63,933 nt of DNA from Bacillota bacterium (lineage in GTDB: Bacteria; Bacillota; Bacilli; Alicyclobacillales; SLC66), in NCBI GenBank assembly GCA_026627155.1, contig JAPNUJ010000001.1, positions 1 to 63,933 of the forward strand. The letters are read 5' to 3'. A model generated the notes under the pieces. That model did not search any database and was not told the origin of the DNA. It was given only the letters and a program-made list of their open reading frames with translations. The position numbers and the translations under genes are program-made. This document shows positions 1 to 10,100 of this stretch, in pieces. Numbering within the stretch: the stretch's first letter is position 1; every line of letters begins with the position of its first letter.

Positions 1-372
1 AGTGGCCAGAACCTGTCCGTTCGGCGCTCGGAACTGCAGGTTCGCCTCTTCGGTCAGGAGTTGCATCGCCTGGGCCTGGTTGAACTTGCCCGCGAGTTCA
101 ACGCGCACCCGATTGGCTCCGACGACCTCGATGTCAGGTTCGGACACGCCCAGTTTGTTGATCCGGTTCTCCAGAGCCGCCACCGTCGCCGTGACATCCG
201 ACGCCGTGATGGTTTGTCCGTTGTCACCGATCTGATAGAGAACGTCAATGCCACCTTGCAAATCCAGACCCAGCGGAATCTTGCTAAAGAGTCTGGGTGC
301 GGCAGAAATTGTCACGGCAAATACGATCACGACGATGATCAAGAAGGTCGTGAACCGCCCCCAACGAATCAT
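1..372 (-). CDS. secD: Protein translocase subunit SecD (or fused SecDF), first 124 codons; gene runs off the left edge
   Basis: Not in the ORF track because it is open at the window edge. The reverse complement from ATG 372..370 reads MIRWGRFTTFLIIVVIVFAVTISAAPRLFSKIPLGLDLQGGIDVLYQ...VRVELAGKFNQAQA, a signal-anchor TM followed by a SecD head motif. AGGAGG lies at 379..384, 6 nt upstream. The position after yajC-tgt-queA matches Bacillus synteny. Confidence 0.85.
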   Translation of the reverse strand, partial: MIRWGRFTTFLIIVVIVFAVTISAAPRLFSKIPLGLDLQGGIDVLYQIGDNGQTITASDVTATVAALENRINKLGVSEPDIEVVGANRVRVELAGKFNQAQAMQLLTEEANLQFRAPNGQVLAT

Positions 373-438
373 GATGTTCCTCCTGGCGATAGCTCATAGT
401 CTAGAACTTGGAAGATCTTATGTGCAGACAATGCAGTC

Positions 439-468
439 AGTATAATATGCCCGTCCGATGCGAGTCAA
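439..468 (-). promoter_or_regulatory. Candidate sigma-A promoter for secD (TTGACT-N18-TATACT)
   Basis: On the minus strand, TTGACT lies at 468..463 and TATACT at 444..439 with an 18-nt spacer, about 65 nt upstream of the secD ATG. Confidence 0.35.
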
Positions 469-489
469 CGCAAAACCCGCAACCCCGGT

Positions 490-1521
490 TCAAAACAAGT
501 CGGAAAGCGTCGACGTTGATGCGTGTTCATACATCTTTCGCATCGCAAAGTTCATGAATGCCTGCGGTTGCAGACAAAGAATCCCGTTGACCAGCGCGTG
601 GAGCGATGTCGGCCGGTTTTTGCGGAGCCCACGCATGTACTGCCATATATCATCCGTCGTCACTTCCCCGTAGCCAAGCGCGTGAAACTCCTCGACCTTG
701 CTCTCGAGAAGATGCAACAGGTCCTCCGTGATGTCTTCATCCAGCGGACTGACGACCGGACGCGGCAACCCGTCGGCACCGTGCGCAAAGTCTTCGTCGT
801 CCACCGTCCAGCGGTCTTGATGGTCCGGTCCCAAGATCGCCATCACGCGCTCACGAAAATCCTCCACGAGTTTCATTGTGGGGGATTCGAGCAGCTCCTG
901 TGGCATCTCAACCACGGCTTCCACCACGGGTACCTCTTGCAGCGCTTCCCACTCCCCCGGCTGCATGGCAGGCGTGGTGGCCAGGCCCGTGTCCACCGTC
1001 TCAGGGGACCTCTCTGTCGCCTTCTCCTCGGCCGTCTCAGACGCCTGTTCCGCAACCGTCTCGGCAACCGTCCCAGGTGCCTTCTCCACAACAGTCTCCC
1101 CAACCGTCTCGGCAACCTGTCCAGGGGCCTTCTCAGACGCCGGTTCCGCAACAGTCTCCGCGGTCGGATCGAGCACCGGGCTCATCGAAGGCCAAGGTGC
1201 GCTGGCATTGGCGAACGGCATAGGCGCACTGGGCACCGCGCCCCCGTTGCCGTCCTGAGAGGTTGTCGTCACGTCGAGCTCCGCATTCTCTTGCATCCCC
1301 ACCCGCGCGCGCAGCCCGCCAAAGACTTGCCGCCGCGGCCCCGGCGGCGCGGGAACCGCTTCGGCTGCGCGGTGGAACGCATCCTCCTCAGCGGAAGTCG
1401 CTTCCGATTCCGACTCGATCGGCAAGACGTCCGCCCTTCGGCCAAACACCTTCTTTACACCCTGCGTTTCACTCGCGTTTTCTCGTTCGTCCGTCACACC
1501 GGTCACTCCCCGGATGATCAC
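490..1521 (-). CDS. ComN/YrzD-like post-transcriptional regulator domain protein with a long acidic repeat-rich N-terminal extension
   Basis: The C-terminal ~90 aa ([55 protein letters not shown]) resemble ComN, and the gene sits directly upstream of secD as comN does in B. subtilis. The N-terminal ~240 aa is low-complexity (AETVAE.ASE.A repeats). The start is uncertain (GTG 1521 or downstream). Confidence 0.6.
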   Translation of the reverse strand: MIIRGVTGVTDERENASETQGVKKVFGRRADVLPIESESEATSAEEDAFHRAAEAVPAPPGPRRQVFGGLRARVGMQENAELDVTTTSQDGNGGAVPSAPMPFANASAPWPSMSPVLDPTAETVAEPASEKAPGQVAETVGETVVEKAPGTVAETVAEQASETAEEKATERSPETVDTGLATTPAMQPGEWEALQEVPVVEAVVEMPQELLESPTMKLVEDFRERVMAILGPDHQDRWTVDDEDFAHGADGLPRPVVSPLDEDITEDLLHLLESKVEEFHALGYGEVTTDDIWQYMRGLRKNRPTSLHALVNGILCLQPQAFMNFAMRKMYEHASTSTLSDLF

Positions 1522-1746
1522 ACCACATCATGGCATATTATCACACTGCCCGTCCAATCCTGCAAGCACCACGAGCTGATGCGAATGGACCCTGACGCCA
1601 TCTTCCGCCTAGGCGATGAGGTCCTGAAACTTTTGCAGGCGAAGCGCGTACCACCAATAGGTCTAGGCTTCCGACGTCAGGTCGAGGCTTCCCACGTCAC
1701 GATGCTTCCTGTACACACACCTTGTAAACGAAAGGAGAATGCATTC

Positions 1747-2070
1747 ATGCTAGTCGTCACAACGCCCGAGATCCAGGGATATGAGATCACGGAGACGCTC
1801 GGCCAGGTATTTGGCGTCACCGTCAGGAGCCGAGGCGCATTTGGCAACATAGGCGCTGGTCTCAAGTCCATCATCGGCGGCGAAATCAAACAGTATACGA
1901 AGATGTTGGAGGATGCCCGCCAACACGCCATCGAGCGGCTGGTCGACAACGCGGCCGCCATGGGCGCGGATGCGATCGTCATGATGCGCTTTGACTCCGG
2001 TGAGGTGGCGCAGGCGATGCAAGAGATCGTCGCCTACGGAACAGCCATCAAGATTCGCCGACAAGGCTGA
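1747..2070 (+). CDS. YbjQ/UPF0145 family protein (107 aa)
   Basis: [65 protein letters not shown] is typical YbjQ_1 sequence. AAAGGAGAA lies 7 nt upstream of ATG 1747. The upstream part of ORF 523..2070 is antisense read-through. Confidence 0.85.
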   Translation: MLVVTTPEIQGYEITETLGQVFGVTVRSRGAFGNIGAGLKSIIGGEIKQYTKMLEDARQHAIERLVDNAAAMGADAIVMMRFDSGEVAQAMQEIVAYGTAIKIRRQG

Positions 2071-2134
2071 GCCCTGCACCCAACGCCAGTCGGACTAACC
2101 CCGCCTGTCCCTGCATAGGTTTGACCTGTACCCC

Positions 2135-3751
2135 TTGTACAACAAAGAGGTGACAGGCACTGTGACGAGACAGACATTTGTTCAAGGCACGTCCATCCTG
2201 ATCGGCGCCAGCTTGATCACCCGCGTCCTCGGTTTCGTGTATCGCATCGCCCTCACACGCCTGATCGGGGCCGAGGGACTCGGCCTCTTTCAGATGGTGT
2301 TCCCCTTCTTGACGCTGGTGTTGACAATCGTGTCGGCCGGTATGGGCATCGCCATCTCGAAGCTGGTCGCAGAGTCCCTCGTCGTCGGCGACCGCCGCCG
2401 CATCCGACGCATCATGATCATCGGCCACACCATCACCCTCTCCCTCGCCGTTGCGGCCACCGGGCTCTTGCTGGGGTTTGGCGATGAGATCACGCATCAT
2501 GTATTTACGGACCCGAGGGCCTACTACCCGTTCATGACGCTGATCCCGGTGGTTGGCGTGATCGCCGTCTCCTCCGTGTTGCGCGGCTACTTTCAGGGAC
2601 TCCAAATCATGTCCACCCCATCCGTGGCATCCATCCTCGAGACGTTGATCCGAATCGTCGGCGTTTGGGCGATCGCCGTTCTATCCCTTGCCCGTGGCCT
2701 CGAATACGCGGCGGCAAGCGTGTCGGCAGGCATGATTCTCGGCGAGCTGGCCGGATGCCTGTACATGCTCTACGTATATCGCCGCAAGACGCGCATCTCG
2801 CGTCTGGAGATGCCTCCTTGCAGCGCCGCTGCCGAGACATGGCGACAAACATTGCAGGCGATGCTGCAAATCGCCATGCCCGTTACGCTCAGTCGCTTCC
2901 TCGGATCAATCGCCTATGCGGTCGAACCGATCCTCGTCACGCGCTCTCTGATCGCCGCCGGAGCCAGCGCGGGGCTGGCGACTCGCCTATACGGCGAGTA
3001 CAGTGGCATGGCCATACCGCTGCTGGTCTTTCCAACCGTGTTCACCTATTCGCTCGCCGTTCAACTCGTGCCTTCGATTGCAGAAGCGATGGCGGCTGGA
3101 CGCCAGGAGACAGTCGCGCGTCGACTGATCCAGTCCTTTCGCGCAACCGCGCTCGTCGGGTTTCCCACGTCCCTGATCTTACTGGAGTTCGCGACGCCAC
3201 TTTGCCAGGCCATTTACGCACAACCCCAAGTCGGGCAGTTGCTCGCCATCATGGCCCCTTGCGGCTTCCTGCTCTATCTCCAAGGCCCCTTATCGGGCAT
3301 TTTGCAGGGGATCAATAAAGCCGGCGTGGTCATGCGTAACTCGCTGATCGGATCTGCCGTCAAGCTGGTCATCATCTACTACCTTGCACGTGACCCGAAC
3401 ATCGGTGCAGCCGGTGTTGCGTGGTCGTTGACGATTGCCGTGTCCCTGACGACACTCTTGCACATTGCTTCCGTCCATCGTCTGCTCGGGTTTTACGTGG
3501 ACACGATCGACACGGCAAAAATTCTCTTGCTTACCTGTATCATGGGGCTGTCCATGCACTTGGCATGGGAACACCTGAGCACGACGATGGCCTTGACCCC
3601 GGCGATCACCACGGTCATCCTCGGCGGACTCCTCCTGTACTTCATCCTCTTGCTGATGACGCGCACCGTCACCTCGCATGCCCTGAAGCGAATCCCGGGA
3701 ATCGGGCGCCCGCTCGCCCGCGCTGCACGTCTGCTTCCGTTTGCCCGCTGA
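2135..3751 (+). CDS. spoVB: Stage V sporulation protein B (MOP-superfamily flippase)
   Basis: A polytopic protein of ~530 aa. The N-terminus (QTFVQGTSILIGASLITRVLGFVYRIALTRLIGAEGLGLFQMVFP) is the SpoVB/MurJ-like signature, and the location matches B. subtilis spoVB. GTG 2162 after AAAGAGG is an alternative start. Confidence 0.85.
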   Translation: MYNKEVTGTVTRQTFVQGTSILIGASLITRVLGFVYRIALTRLIGAEGLGLFQMVFPFLTLVLTIVSAGMGIAISKLVAESLVVGDRRRIRRIMIIGHTITLSLAVAATGLLLGFGDEITHHVFTDPRAYYPFMTLIPVVGVIAVSSVLRGYFQGLQIMSTPSVASILETLIRIVGVWAIAVLSLARGLEYAAASVSAGMILGELAGCLYMLYVYRRKTRISRLEMPPCSAAAETWRQTLQAMLQIAMPVTLSRFLGSIAYAVEPILVTRSLIAAGASAGLATRLYGEYSGMAIPLLVFPTVFTYSLAVQLVPSIAEAMAAGRQETVARRLIQSFRATALVGFPTSLILLEFATPLCQAIYAQPQVGQLLAIMAPCGFLLYLQGPLSGILQGINKAGVVMRNSLIGSAVKLVIIYYLARDPNIGAAGVAWSLTIAVSLTTLLHIASVHRLLGFYVDTIDTAKILLLTCIMGLSMHLAWEHLSTTMALTPAITTVILGGLLLYFILLLMTRTVTSHALKRIPGIGRPLARAARLLPFAR

Positions 3752-3811
3752 CAAGAGGGAAGCGGATTGAAGACGGGCGGACTTCACCAAAACGCCTTCT
3801 CCCTTGACGTT

Positions 3812-4519
3812 TTACAGAAGGGGGTTGTCTCTTTTAGCCTGACTGTCCTCGTCCATGCGATCGACGTGCAAGGACGAGCCATCCCAGCCCGCGTAGAAGA
3901 CCTCTTTGGCCCCAGTGTACCCCTGTGCCACCAATTGTTCTTGCAACCACACGCGCGACTTGCCAATCGCCGCCAACTTGTCATCATCGATGCGTCCGTC
4001 TACAATGAGCGAGGTCGTCATCACCGTAGGTGCAGCCGTCATCACCAGATCATCTGGCGTGACGGCCCGCTGTCCCGCTTTGGTGAACACCGAGAGTTTC
4101 CCCGATGTCTCTAGGATCGCGAACTCGACGTCGGCAACGGTGGCGATATTTTTCTCCCGCAACTGCATCAGCAGGTCGTTCATGTTGTAGCGGGTCCTTT
4201 TCATCTCGCTGTCGTTGATCTCCCCCCCGGCGATGAGAACGGTCGGCTTGCCTTCGATCAGGTCATGGATCCGGCGACTGTGCAGGGAGAGAAATGACAC
4301 CGCGATTTGAAGCGCAACCAGCAACGCGATGACGAACACCCCGTGCCAGACCGGAATCCGCAAATCCTGCAATGAGACAGCCGATACCTCAGCGATGATG
4401 ATGGAGACGACCAAGTCGAAGACCGACAACTTGCCGATCTCCCGTTTGCCCATGATACGCAGGCATAACAACACAAAAAAATACGTAAACAACGTTCGCA
4501 ACAGCAACACGGTGACCAT
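3812..4519 (-). CDS. DUF421 (YetF/YrbG-like) membrane protein
   Basis: MVTVLLLRTLFTYFFVLLCLRIMGKREIGKLSVFDLVVSIIIAEV is the DUF421 N-terminal signature. I prefer the start at ATG 4519 (GGAGTGGAG upstream) over ORF start 4546. Confidence 0.8.
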   Translation of the reverse strand: MVTVLLLRTLFTYFFVLLCLRIMGKREIGKLSVFDLVVSIIIAEVSAVSLQDLRIPVWHGVFVIALLVALQIAVSFLSLHSRRIHDLIEGKPTVLIAGGEINDSEMKRTRYNMNDLLMQLREKNIATVADVEFAILETSGKLSVFTKAGQRAVTPDDLVMTAAPTVMTTSLIVDGRIDDDKLAAIGKSRVWLQEQLVAQGYTGAKEVFYAGWDGSSLHVDRMDEDSQAKRDNPLL

Positions 4520-4598
4520 GTCGTCACTCCACTCCCGCCCGGACATCCCAAGTGCTCATACGCACGATGCGCTCGGCTTAGTATGAGGAGGTTTACCT

Positions 4599-5249
4599 TT
4601 GAGAATACGCGGAAAGGAAAAAGTGCCAGGCCTGTTAGCCGCGGCACACGCGCTCCTGCATGACCCCGCGAGCGGGATGCTGACGTGGTCCCCAGACTGC
4701 CCCGCGTATCTGGAGGTGGGTTGCGGTCGCGGAACATTTCTTACGACTTGTGCTACGCGTCAACCCGAGGCACAGTTCATCGGTCTCGACAAATACACGC
4801 CGATCGTTGCGCGCGCCGCCTCCCTCGCCTTGGAGCGCGGCTTGACCAATGTGCGCATTCTCGACCTGGACGTCGAACGAGCGCTCACCGTGTTCGAACC
4901 ACGTGCGTTTGACGCCATTTTTCTTAACTTTTCCGACCCTTGGCCACGCCGTCGCAATGACCGCAAGCGGCTGACCCATCCGCGCTTGCTGACCATCATG
5001 GCCCAACTGCTTCGTGATGGTGGCGTCTTGGAGCAAAAGTCGGACAACGCAGAATTTTTCGAGTGGAGCGAAGAGCAACTGCGCGTCAGTGGGTGGCGGA
5101 TCACGTCAGTCACGCACAACCTGCCAGCGAAAGCGCCGGAGGGGGACGAGATGTTGCCGCGATATGTACAGACAGAATACGAGGAGCGCTTTCGAGCACT
5201 CGGCATCCCCATCCATCATCTTACCGCCCTCCCGCCGAACCCGGCATAG
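4599..5249 (+). CDS. trmB: tRNA (guanine46-N7)-methyltransferase
   Basis: Contains LEVGCGRGTF (SAM motif I) and FSDPWPRRRNDRKRL. TTG start at 4599, 7 nt after GAGGAGG (4585..4591). Confidence 0.9.
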   Translation: MRIRGKEKVPGLLAAAHALLHDPASGMLTWSPDCPAYLEVGCGRGTFLTTCATRQPEAQFIGLDKYTPIVARAASLALERGLTNVRILDLDVERALTVFEPRAFDAIFLNFSDPWPRRRNDRKRLTHPRLLTIMAQLLRDGGVLEQKSDNAEFFEWSEEQLRVSGWRITSVTHNLPAKAPEGDEMLPRYVQTEYEERFRALGIPIHHLTALPPNPA

Positions 5250-5348
5250 AGTGGACGGGCTGGTCATATACATCCTCTTGTATCCCCCGCAGGGTGAAGG
5301 TACGCACGACCTACGGGTGGACAAGGCAAATGGGGGTGACCTGCTCGG

Positions 5349-5759
5349 ATGAAAAACTCGATGTGGTCTGACTTCAAATCGGATGTGCACGGATCTCCGC
5401 TCGCTTTTGGCGTGATCGTGGCCTTTGTCGCCTCGTTGGTGATGACGCTGGTGATGGCCGGAGTCTATACCTGGTCCACTCTCGCTGAGACCACCCTTCC
5501 TTATACCGCCTACACGATCAATACGCTCTCCGCCCTCATCGGCGCCCTTCTTGCGGCGCGTAGCGCTGGAGAACGAGGCTGGTACTATGGTGGGCTGTGC
5601 GCCCTCATCTTCAGCATCGTACTGGCGATCATCGGCAGCCTCGTCGATTTCAGCGCCGCCTTTCAGATGCAGACCGTCCTGCGAATCGCACTCATCGCCA
5701 TGATTGGCGCCTTCGGTGGCATGATCGGGGTGAATCTTTCACCTCAACGCAGTCGCTAG
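5349..5759 (+). CDS. Small 4-TM membrane protein (YrzE/TIGR04086-like)
   Basis: 136 aa with four hydrophobic segments. It occupies the yrzE position next to yajC. The family assignment is from memory only. Confidence 0.55.
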   Translation: MKNSMWSDFKSDVHGSPLAFGVIVAFVASLVMTLVMAGVYTWSTLAETTLPYTAYTINTLSALIGALLAARSAGERGWYYGGLCALIFSIVLAIIGSLVDFSAAFQMQTVLRIALIAMIGAFGGMIGVNLSPQRSR

Positions 5760-5770
5760 ACAAAAGGGCG

Positions 5771-5826
5771 AGAGACAAAGTGAGCCAGCGATTTCCTTGC
5801 GGAAACCGCCGGCTCACTTTGTCTCT
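5771..5826. terminator. Bidirectional hairpin between convergent genes
   Basis: Perfect 16-bp arms AGAGACAAAGTGAGCC (5771..5786) and GGCTCACTTTGTCTCT (5811..5826). The 24-nt spacer can pair further (GCGATTTCC/GGAAACCGC). Confidence 0.7.
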
Positions 5827-5843
5827 GTCTGGCGAGGCGCAGT

Positions 5844-6110
5844 TCAGTTGCCCTTTTCGCGGATCGAGTTCACGGCGCTGCGCTCAAACTCCACCTTCGT
5901 GCCATCAGCTACCTTCAGGACGACCGTGCTGTCCCGCAGCTCACTCACAGTCCCGTGAATGCCGCCAATCGTCACCACGTGATCTCCCATACCGATCGAG
6001 GCCATCATCGCGTTGCGCTCTTTCGACCGCCGCTGTTGTGGACGAATCAACAGGAAATAAAAAATGACAAAAATCACAACAAGCGGCGCATACTGTACCA
6101 GATCCTTCAT
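5844..6110 (-). CDS. yajC: Preprotein translocase subunit YajC
   Basis: MKDLVQYAPLVVIFVIFYFLLIRPQQRRSKERNAMMASIGMGDHVVTIGGIHGTV is canonical YajC. ATG 6110 lies 8 nt after GAGGAG; the ORF track starts two codons earlier. Confidence 0.92.
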   Translation of the reverse strand: MKDLVQYAPLVVIFVIFYFLLIRPQQRRSKERNAMMASIGMGDHVVTIGGIHGTVSELRDSTVVLKVADGTKVEFERSAVNSIREKGN

Positions 6111-6155
6111 CAACACATCTCCTCATGCAAGGTTGGGGTAAGGCCAAGCAGAATC

Positions 6156-7481
<1,326 letters not shown>

Positions 7482-7489
7482 TCATGGCG

Positions 7490-8623
7490 CTATAGAATTA
7501 GCATGGCATCCCCAAAACTGAAGAATCGGTACTCTTCCCTCACGGCTTCCTCGTACGCGGACAGGATCAAGTCACGGTCGGCCAGCGCCGAGACAAGCAT
7601 CAACAACGTGGACCGCGGCAAGTGGAAATTGGTCAAAAGAGCATCCGTGGCCAACAGGGGGACACCGGGATATAGAAATATATCGGTCCAACCCGTGACC
7701 GCATCCTCGCCACTCAGGTCCCTCCGGTAACTCCCATCACTCAAACCACTCAAACCACTCAAACCACTCGTACCACTCCCGTGACTCTCCGCGCCTTCCC
7801 CACCCGTTGGGTTAGCCCCTCGTCCTCGCACAGCTGACTCAAGCGCCCGTACGGTCGTTGTTCCGACTGACAACACTCGACCGCCACGGGCGCGCACGCT
7901 GGCGATGTCTGTGAGTAACTTTCGCGGGACAGTATACCACTCGGCATGCATGTGATGTTCCTCAATGCGGTCCGCCTGAACAGGCCTGAAAGTCCCCAGG
8001 CCGACATGCAACGTCAGAAACTCAACCGTCACCTCACGTGCGCGCACCGCTTCCAAAACCTCATCAGTAAAATGCAGGCCAGCCGTCGGAGCTGCCACCG
8101 AGCCCGTAGCTCGCGAATACACCGTCTGATAGCGTTCTTTGTCTGTGATTTTCTCTTTGATATAGGGGGGTAATGGCATCTCCCCCAATTGGTTCAGCGT
8201 TCTCTCAAACTCTGCGCCAAGTAATGAGAACCTGACGAATCGCGTTCCATCCTCACCGCCCTCCTCGACGGTCGCCGAGAGCGCGCCTTCCCCAAACACG
8301 ATCACCTGCCCCGTCCGCAACCGCTTTGATGGGCGAGCCAGCACCTCCCACTCCCCCCCTGCCCGAGGGCGAAGGAGGAGGAGTTCCACCGCAGCGCCGG
8401 TCTGCGCCTTGGTGCCGTACAGTCGAGCAGGCAATACCCGGGAGTCATTCGCAATCATCAAGTCTCCAGCCGACAGCAGCCTCGGCAGCTCCGCAAAACT
8501 CATGTGGCGCCATGAGCGAGACTGCCGGTCCACCACCATCAGCCTTGAGTCACTCCGCGTCGCAAGCGGCCTCTGTGCAATGAGCCGCTCCGGTAACTCG
8601 TAGTCGTACTCCTCCGTCCGCAC
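7490..8623 (-). CDS. queA: S-adenosylmethionine:tRNA ribosyltransferase-isomerase
   Basis: Contains YDYELPERLIAQRPL, TNFHLPRSTLLMLVSA and EEYRFFSFGDAMLIL. GTG start at 8623 after AAAGGCGGTGA. The protein carries a ~30-aa low-complexity insert (see repeat 7732..7785). Confidence 0.95.
   Translation of the reverse strand: MRTEEYDYELPERLIAQRPLATRSDSRLMVVDRQSRSWRHMSFAELPRLLSAGDLMIANDSRVLPARLYGTKAQTGAAVELLLLRPRAGGEWEVLARPSKRLRTGQVIVFGEGALSATVEEGGEDGTRFVRFSLLGAEFERTLNQLGEMPLPPYIKEKITDKERYQTVYSRATGSVAAPTAGLHFTDEVLEAVRAREVTVEFLTLHVGLGTFRPVQADRIEEHHMHAEWYTVPRKLLTDIASVRARGGRVLSVGTTTVRALESAVRGRGANPTGGEGAESHGSGTSGLSGLSGLSDGSYRRDLSGEDAVTGWTDIFLYPGVPLLATDALLTNFHLPRSTLLMLVSALADRDLILSAYEEAVREEYRFFSFGDAMLIL
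7732..7785 (-). repeat. Six tandem 9-nt units (tcNNNNcac; three identical tcaaaccac) inside queA
   Basis: Read directly from the sequence. On the coding strand it encodes HGSGTSGLSGLSGLSDGS in frame. Confidence 0.9.
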
Positions 8624-8639
8624 ACGTTCACCGCCTTTG

Positions 8640-8663
8640 CCACTGTGCACTATAGCACAGTGG
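8640..8663 (-). promoter_or_regulatory. Perfect 9-bp hairpin immediately 5' of the queA RBS; may also hold an extended -10
   Basis: The minus strand reads CCACTGTGC-TATAGT-GCACAGTGG, followed directly by CAAAGGCGGTGAACGTGTG (RBS plus GTG start). TGTGCTATAGT could serve as a TGn -10 element. Confidence 0.4.
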
Positions 8664-8870
8664 CAGCACACTTCGCGAGTCTGGTCGGGGGAGCGGGAGC
8701 GGTTGGGGAGCGGGGGGATGGCTCTGCTGTTCGTGACCGTCCCGAGGATCCGCACAAGCACGGACGAAAGGTACCGTTATGGACACCGCCCCTGATGAAC
8801 CATGCGGGAAGGTCGGTGTCTCCCCGTGCGCACGCAGTTTCGACACGCACGGCGGCGGATTGCAAGTCCG

Positions 8871-8915
8871 CGACGTGCAATAGGTGCGCTTGCGAGGCTC
8901 ACCTATTGCACGTCG
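8871..8915. other. Perfect 16-bp inverted repeat (CGACGTGCAATAGGTG / CACCTATTGCACGTCG) with a 13-nt loop
   Basis: Read directly from the sequence. It lies in ORF-free DNA, with no clear U-tract on the minus strand and only TTCTAGTT on the plus strand. Confidence 0.6.
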
Positions 8916-9599
8916 TTCTAGTTCAAGGGACTCTGTGCAGGGTGAGATAAGCATAGCGTGAGACAATACAACGGTACCCGTAACCCCCATCGCAAACACA
9001 TAGATCGCGTGAATGGAAAGAAGCAGTCTCCAGCAGTCTCCAGTCACAGATTGAGACTGCCCGGTCAATAAAAGTCCCAGATTGACAATTGGGTCGTCGA
9101 TTCCTCAGCTTGTCTCCCCAGATGTTCGCCTGGTCAGAGTTAGAATGATGAGACGAAAGGTAAAGGTTCGGCTGGGGACACCAGAAAACACACGGTTCAT
9201 TTCAGCGTGGTAATTCACGTTATGTAAACAAATCGCAGCGAGTAGCGAAGGCCATTCCATGCCATATTATTTTCTATTTTGCGACAGCCAGCTGACCTTG
9301 CCCCTTTCTCCGCCCGCGCGCACTTCAAAAACTGGGGGAATGGTAGGGGCATCGAACTAACGGGCAAGGGCAAGACGCGCGAAGCCTGCCTCTCGAGCCA
9401 CCTGCGTCGCGCACATCCTTCTGTGCTCAAAGCGAGGCGTGTGCCACAAGTTGCGCTGCCCAGTTCACCGTTCGGCCTTCGAGTGCTCCAAACCCCGCAT
9501 CCGTCCGCTCACGAACGATGACGACACAGATCGCATGAAAGGTCCAGCAATCTACCGAATGGTCCGCTCATGAAGCGATCATGAGTAGACAGGCGGCCT

Positions 9600-10100
9600 C
9601 TATCCTAATTGAAGATTGATCCCACCTGGGAGATCCACCTGCACGCCATTCTCGTTCCCGTTCCCGTTCCCGTTCCCGTTCCCGTTGGAAACGGATGAAC
9701 CGGGTTTGTGCGCGTTACCCTGTCCAGCCTCATTTCCAATTCCGTGCCCATGTTTGGACGCTGATCTGGATTGGCCTCTATGAGAGTTCCCCTTGCCCTG
9801 AGTGGAATGTCTCGAATGTCCAGCAGGAGAGGTTGTGGAATGAGCCGGCGACTTCGAGTTGGAAGTGGACGTCGAATTGCCGATTGATACACCCACGGAT
9901 ACGCCTAGACCCACACTGTTACTCTGCTTACCGGGTGCAGACTGTGTAGAGGCACGGCCAGCTGACTTTGCCACGCCAGGGTTAGATTCCTTCGTGGGGC
10001 CAGCGGAAGCAGCACCAGTAACGCTGACCGCAACATTTGTCGACGCAACGGTGCCTTGTGGTGTCTTGCCTTGCGGTCCTTGCCCTTGTGGTCCTTGCCT
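9600..10100 (-). other. Out-of-frame 3' continuation of rsgI (~166 codons: GPQGQGPQGKTPQGTVASTNVAV...NGNGNGNGNGNENGVQVDLPGGINLQLG)
   Basis: This is the 3' part of ORF 9600..10406. Below ~10097 this frame, not the rsgI frame, carries the GPQG-type repeat and then a Ser/Thr/Gly/Asn-rich tail. Above ~10099 the same ORF is only the KARDH off-frame reading of the repeats. Confidence 0.5.
9654..9686 (-). repeat. Hexanucleotide repeat (gttccc x5.5) encoding (NG)n
   Basis: Read directly from the sequence. It encodes NGNGNGNGNGNENG near the end of the continuation frame. Confidence 0.9.

Noticed and set aside
523-1746. Upstream 408 codons of the 515-aa ORF 523..2070 (+)
   Set aside because: It is antisense to the comN-like gene, Arg/Leu/His-rich, and has no RBS. 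The real gene is the YbjQ-like CDS starting at ATG 1747, which has its own RBS. It is a typical high-G+C shadow ORF.
8628-9068. 146-aa minus-strand ORF in the non-coding gap (and 9215..9430, 9279..9521, 8645..8950)
   Set aside because: It has no RBS, overlaps the queA start region, is Cys/Pro/Arg-rich with no motifs, and spans the 16-bp inverted repeat. It is not credible as a gene, though I cannot exclude a short membrane peptide from its first ~45 codons.
9330-9365. tRNA-like T-arm (rev-comp AGTTCGATGCCCCTACCA)
   Set aside because: The flanks cannot form a 5-bp T-stem or an acceptor stem, and no D-arm or anticodon arm could be built.
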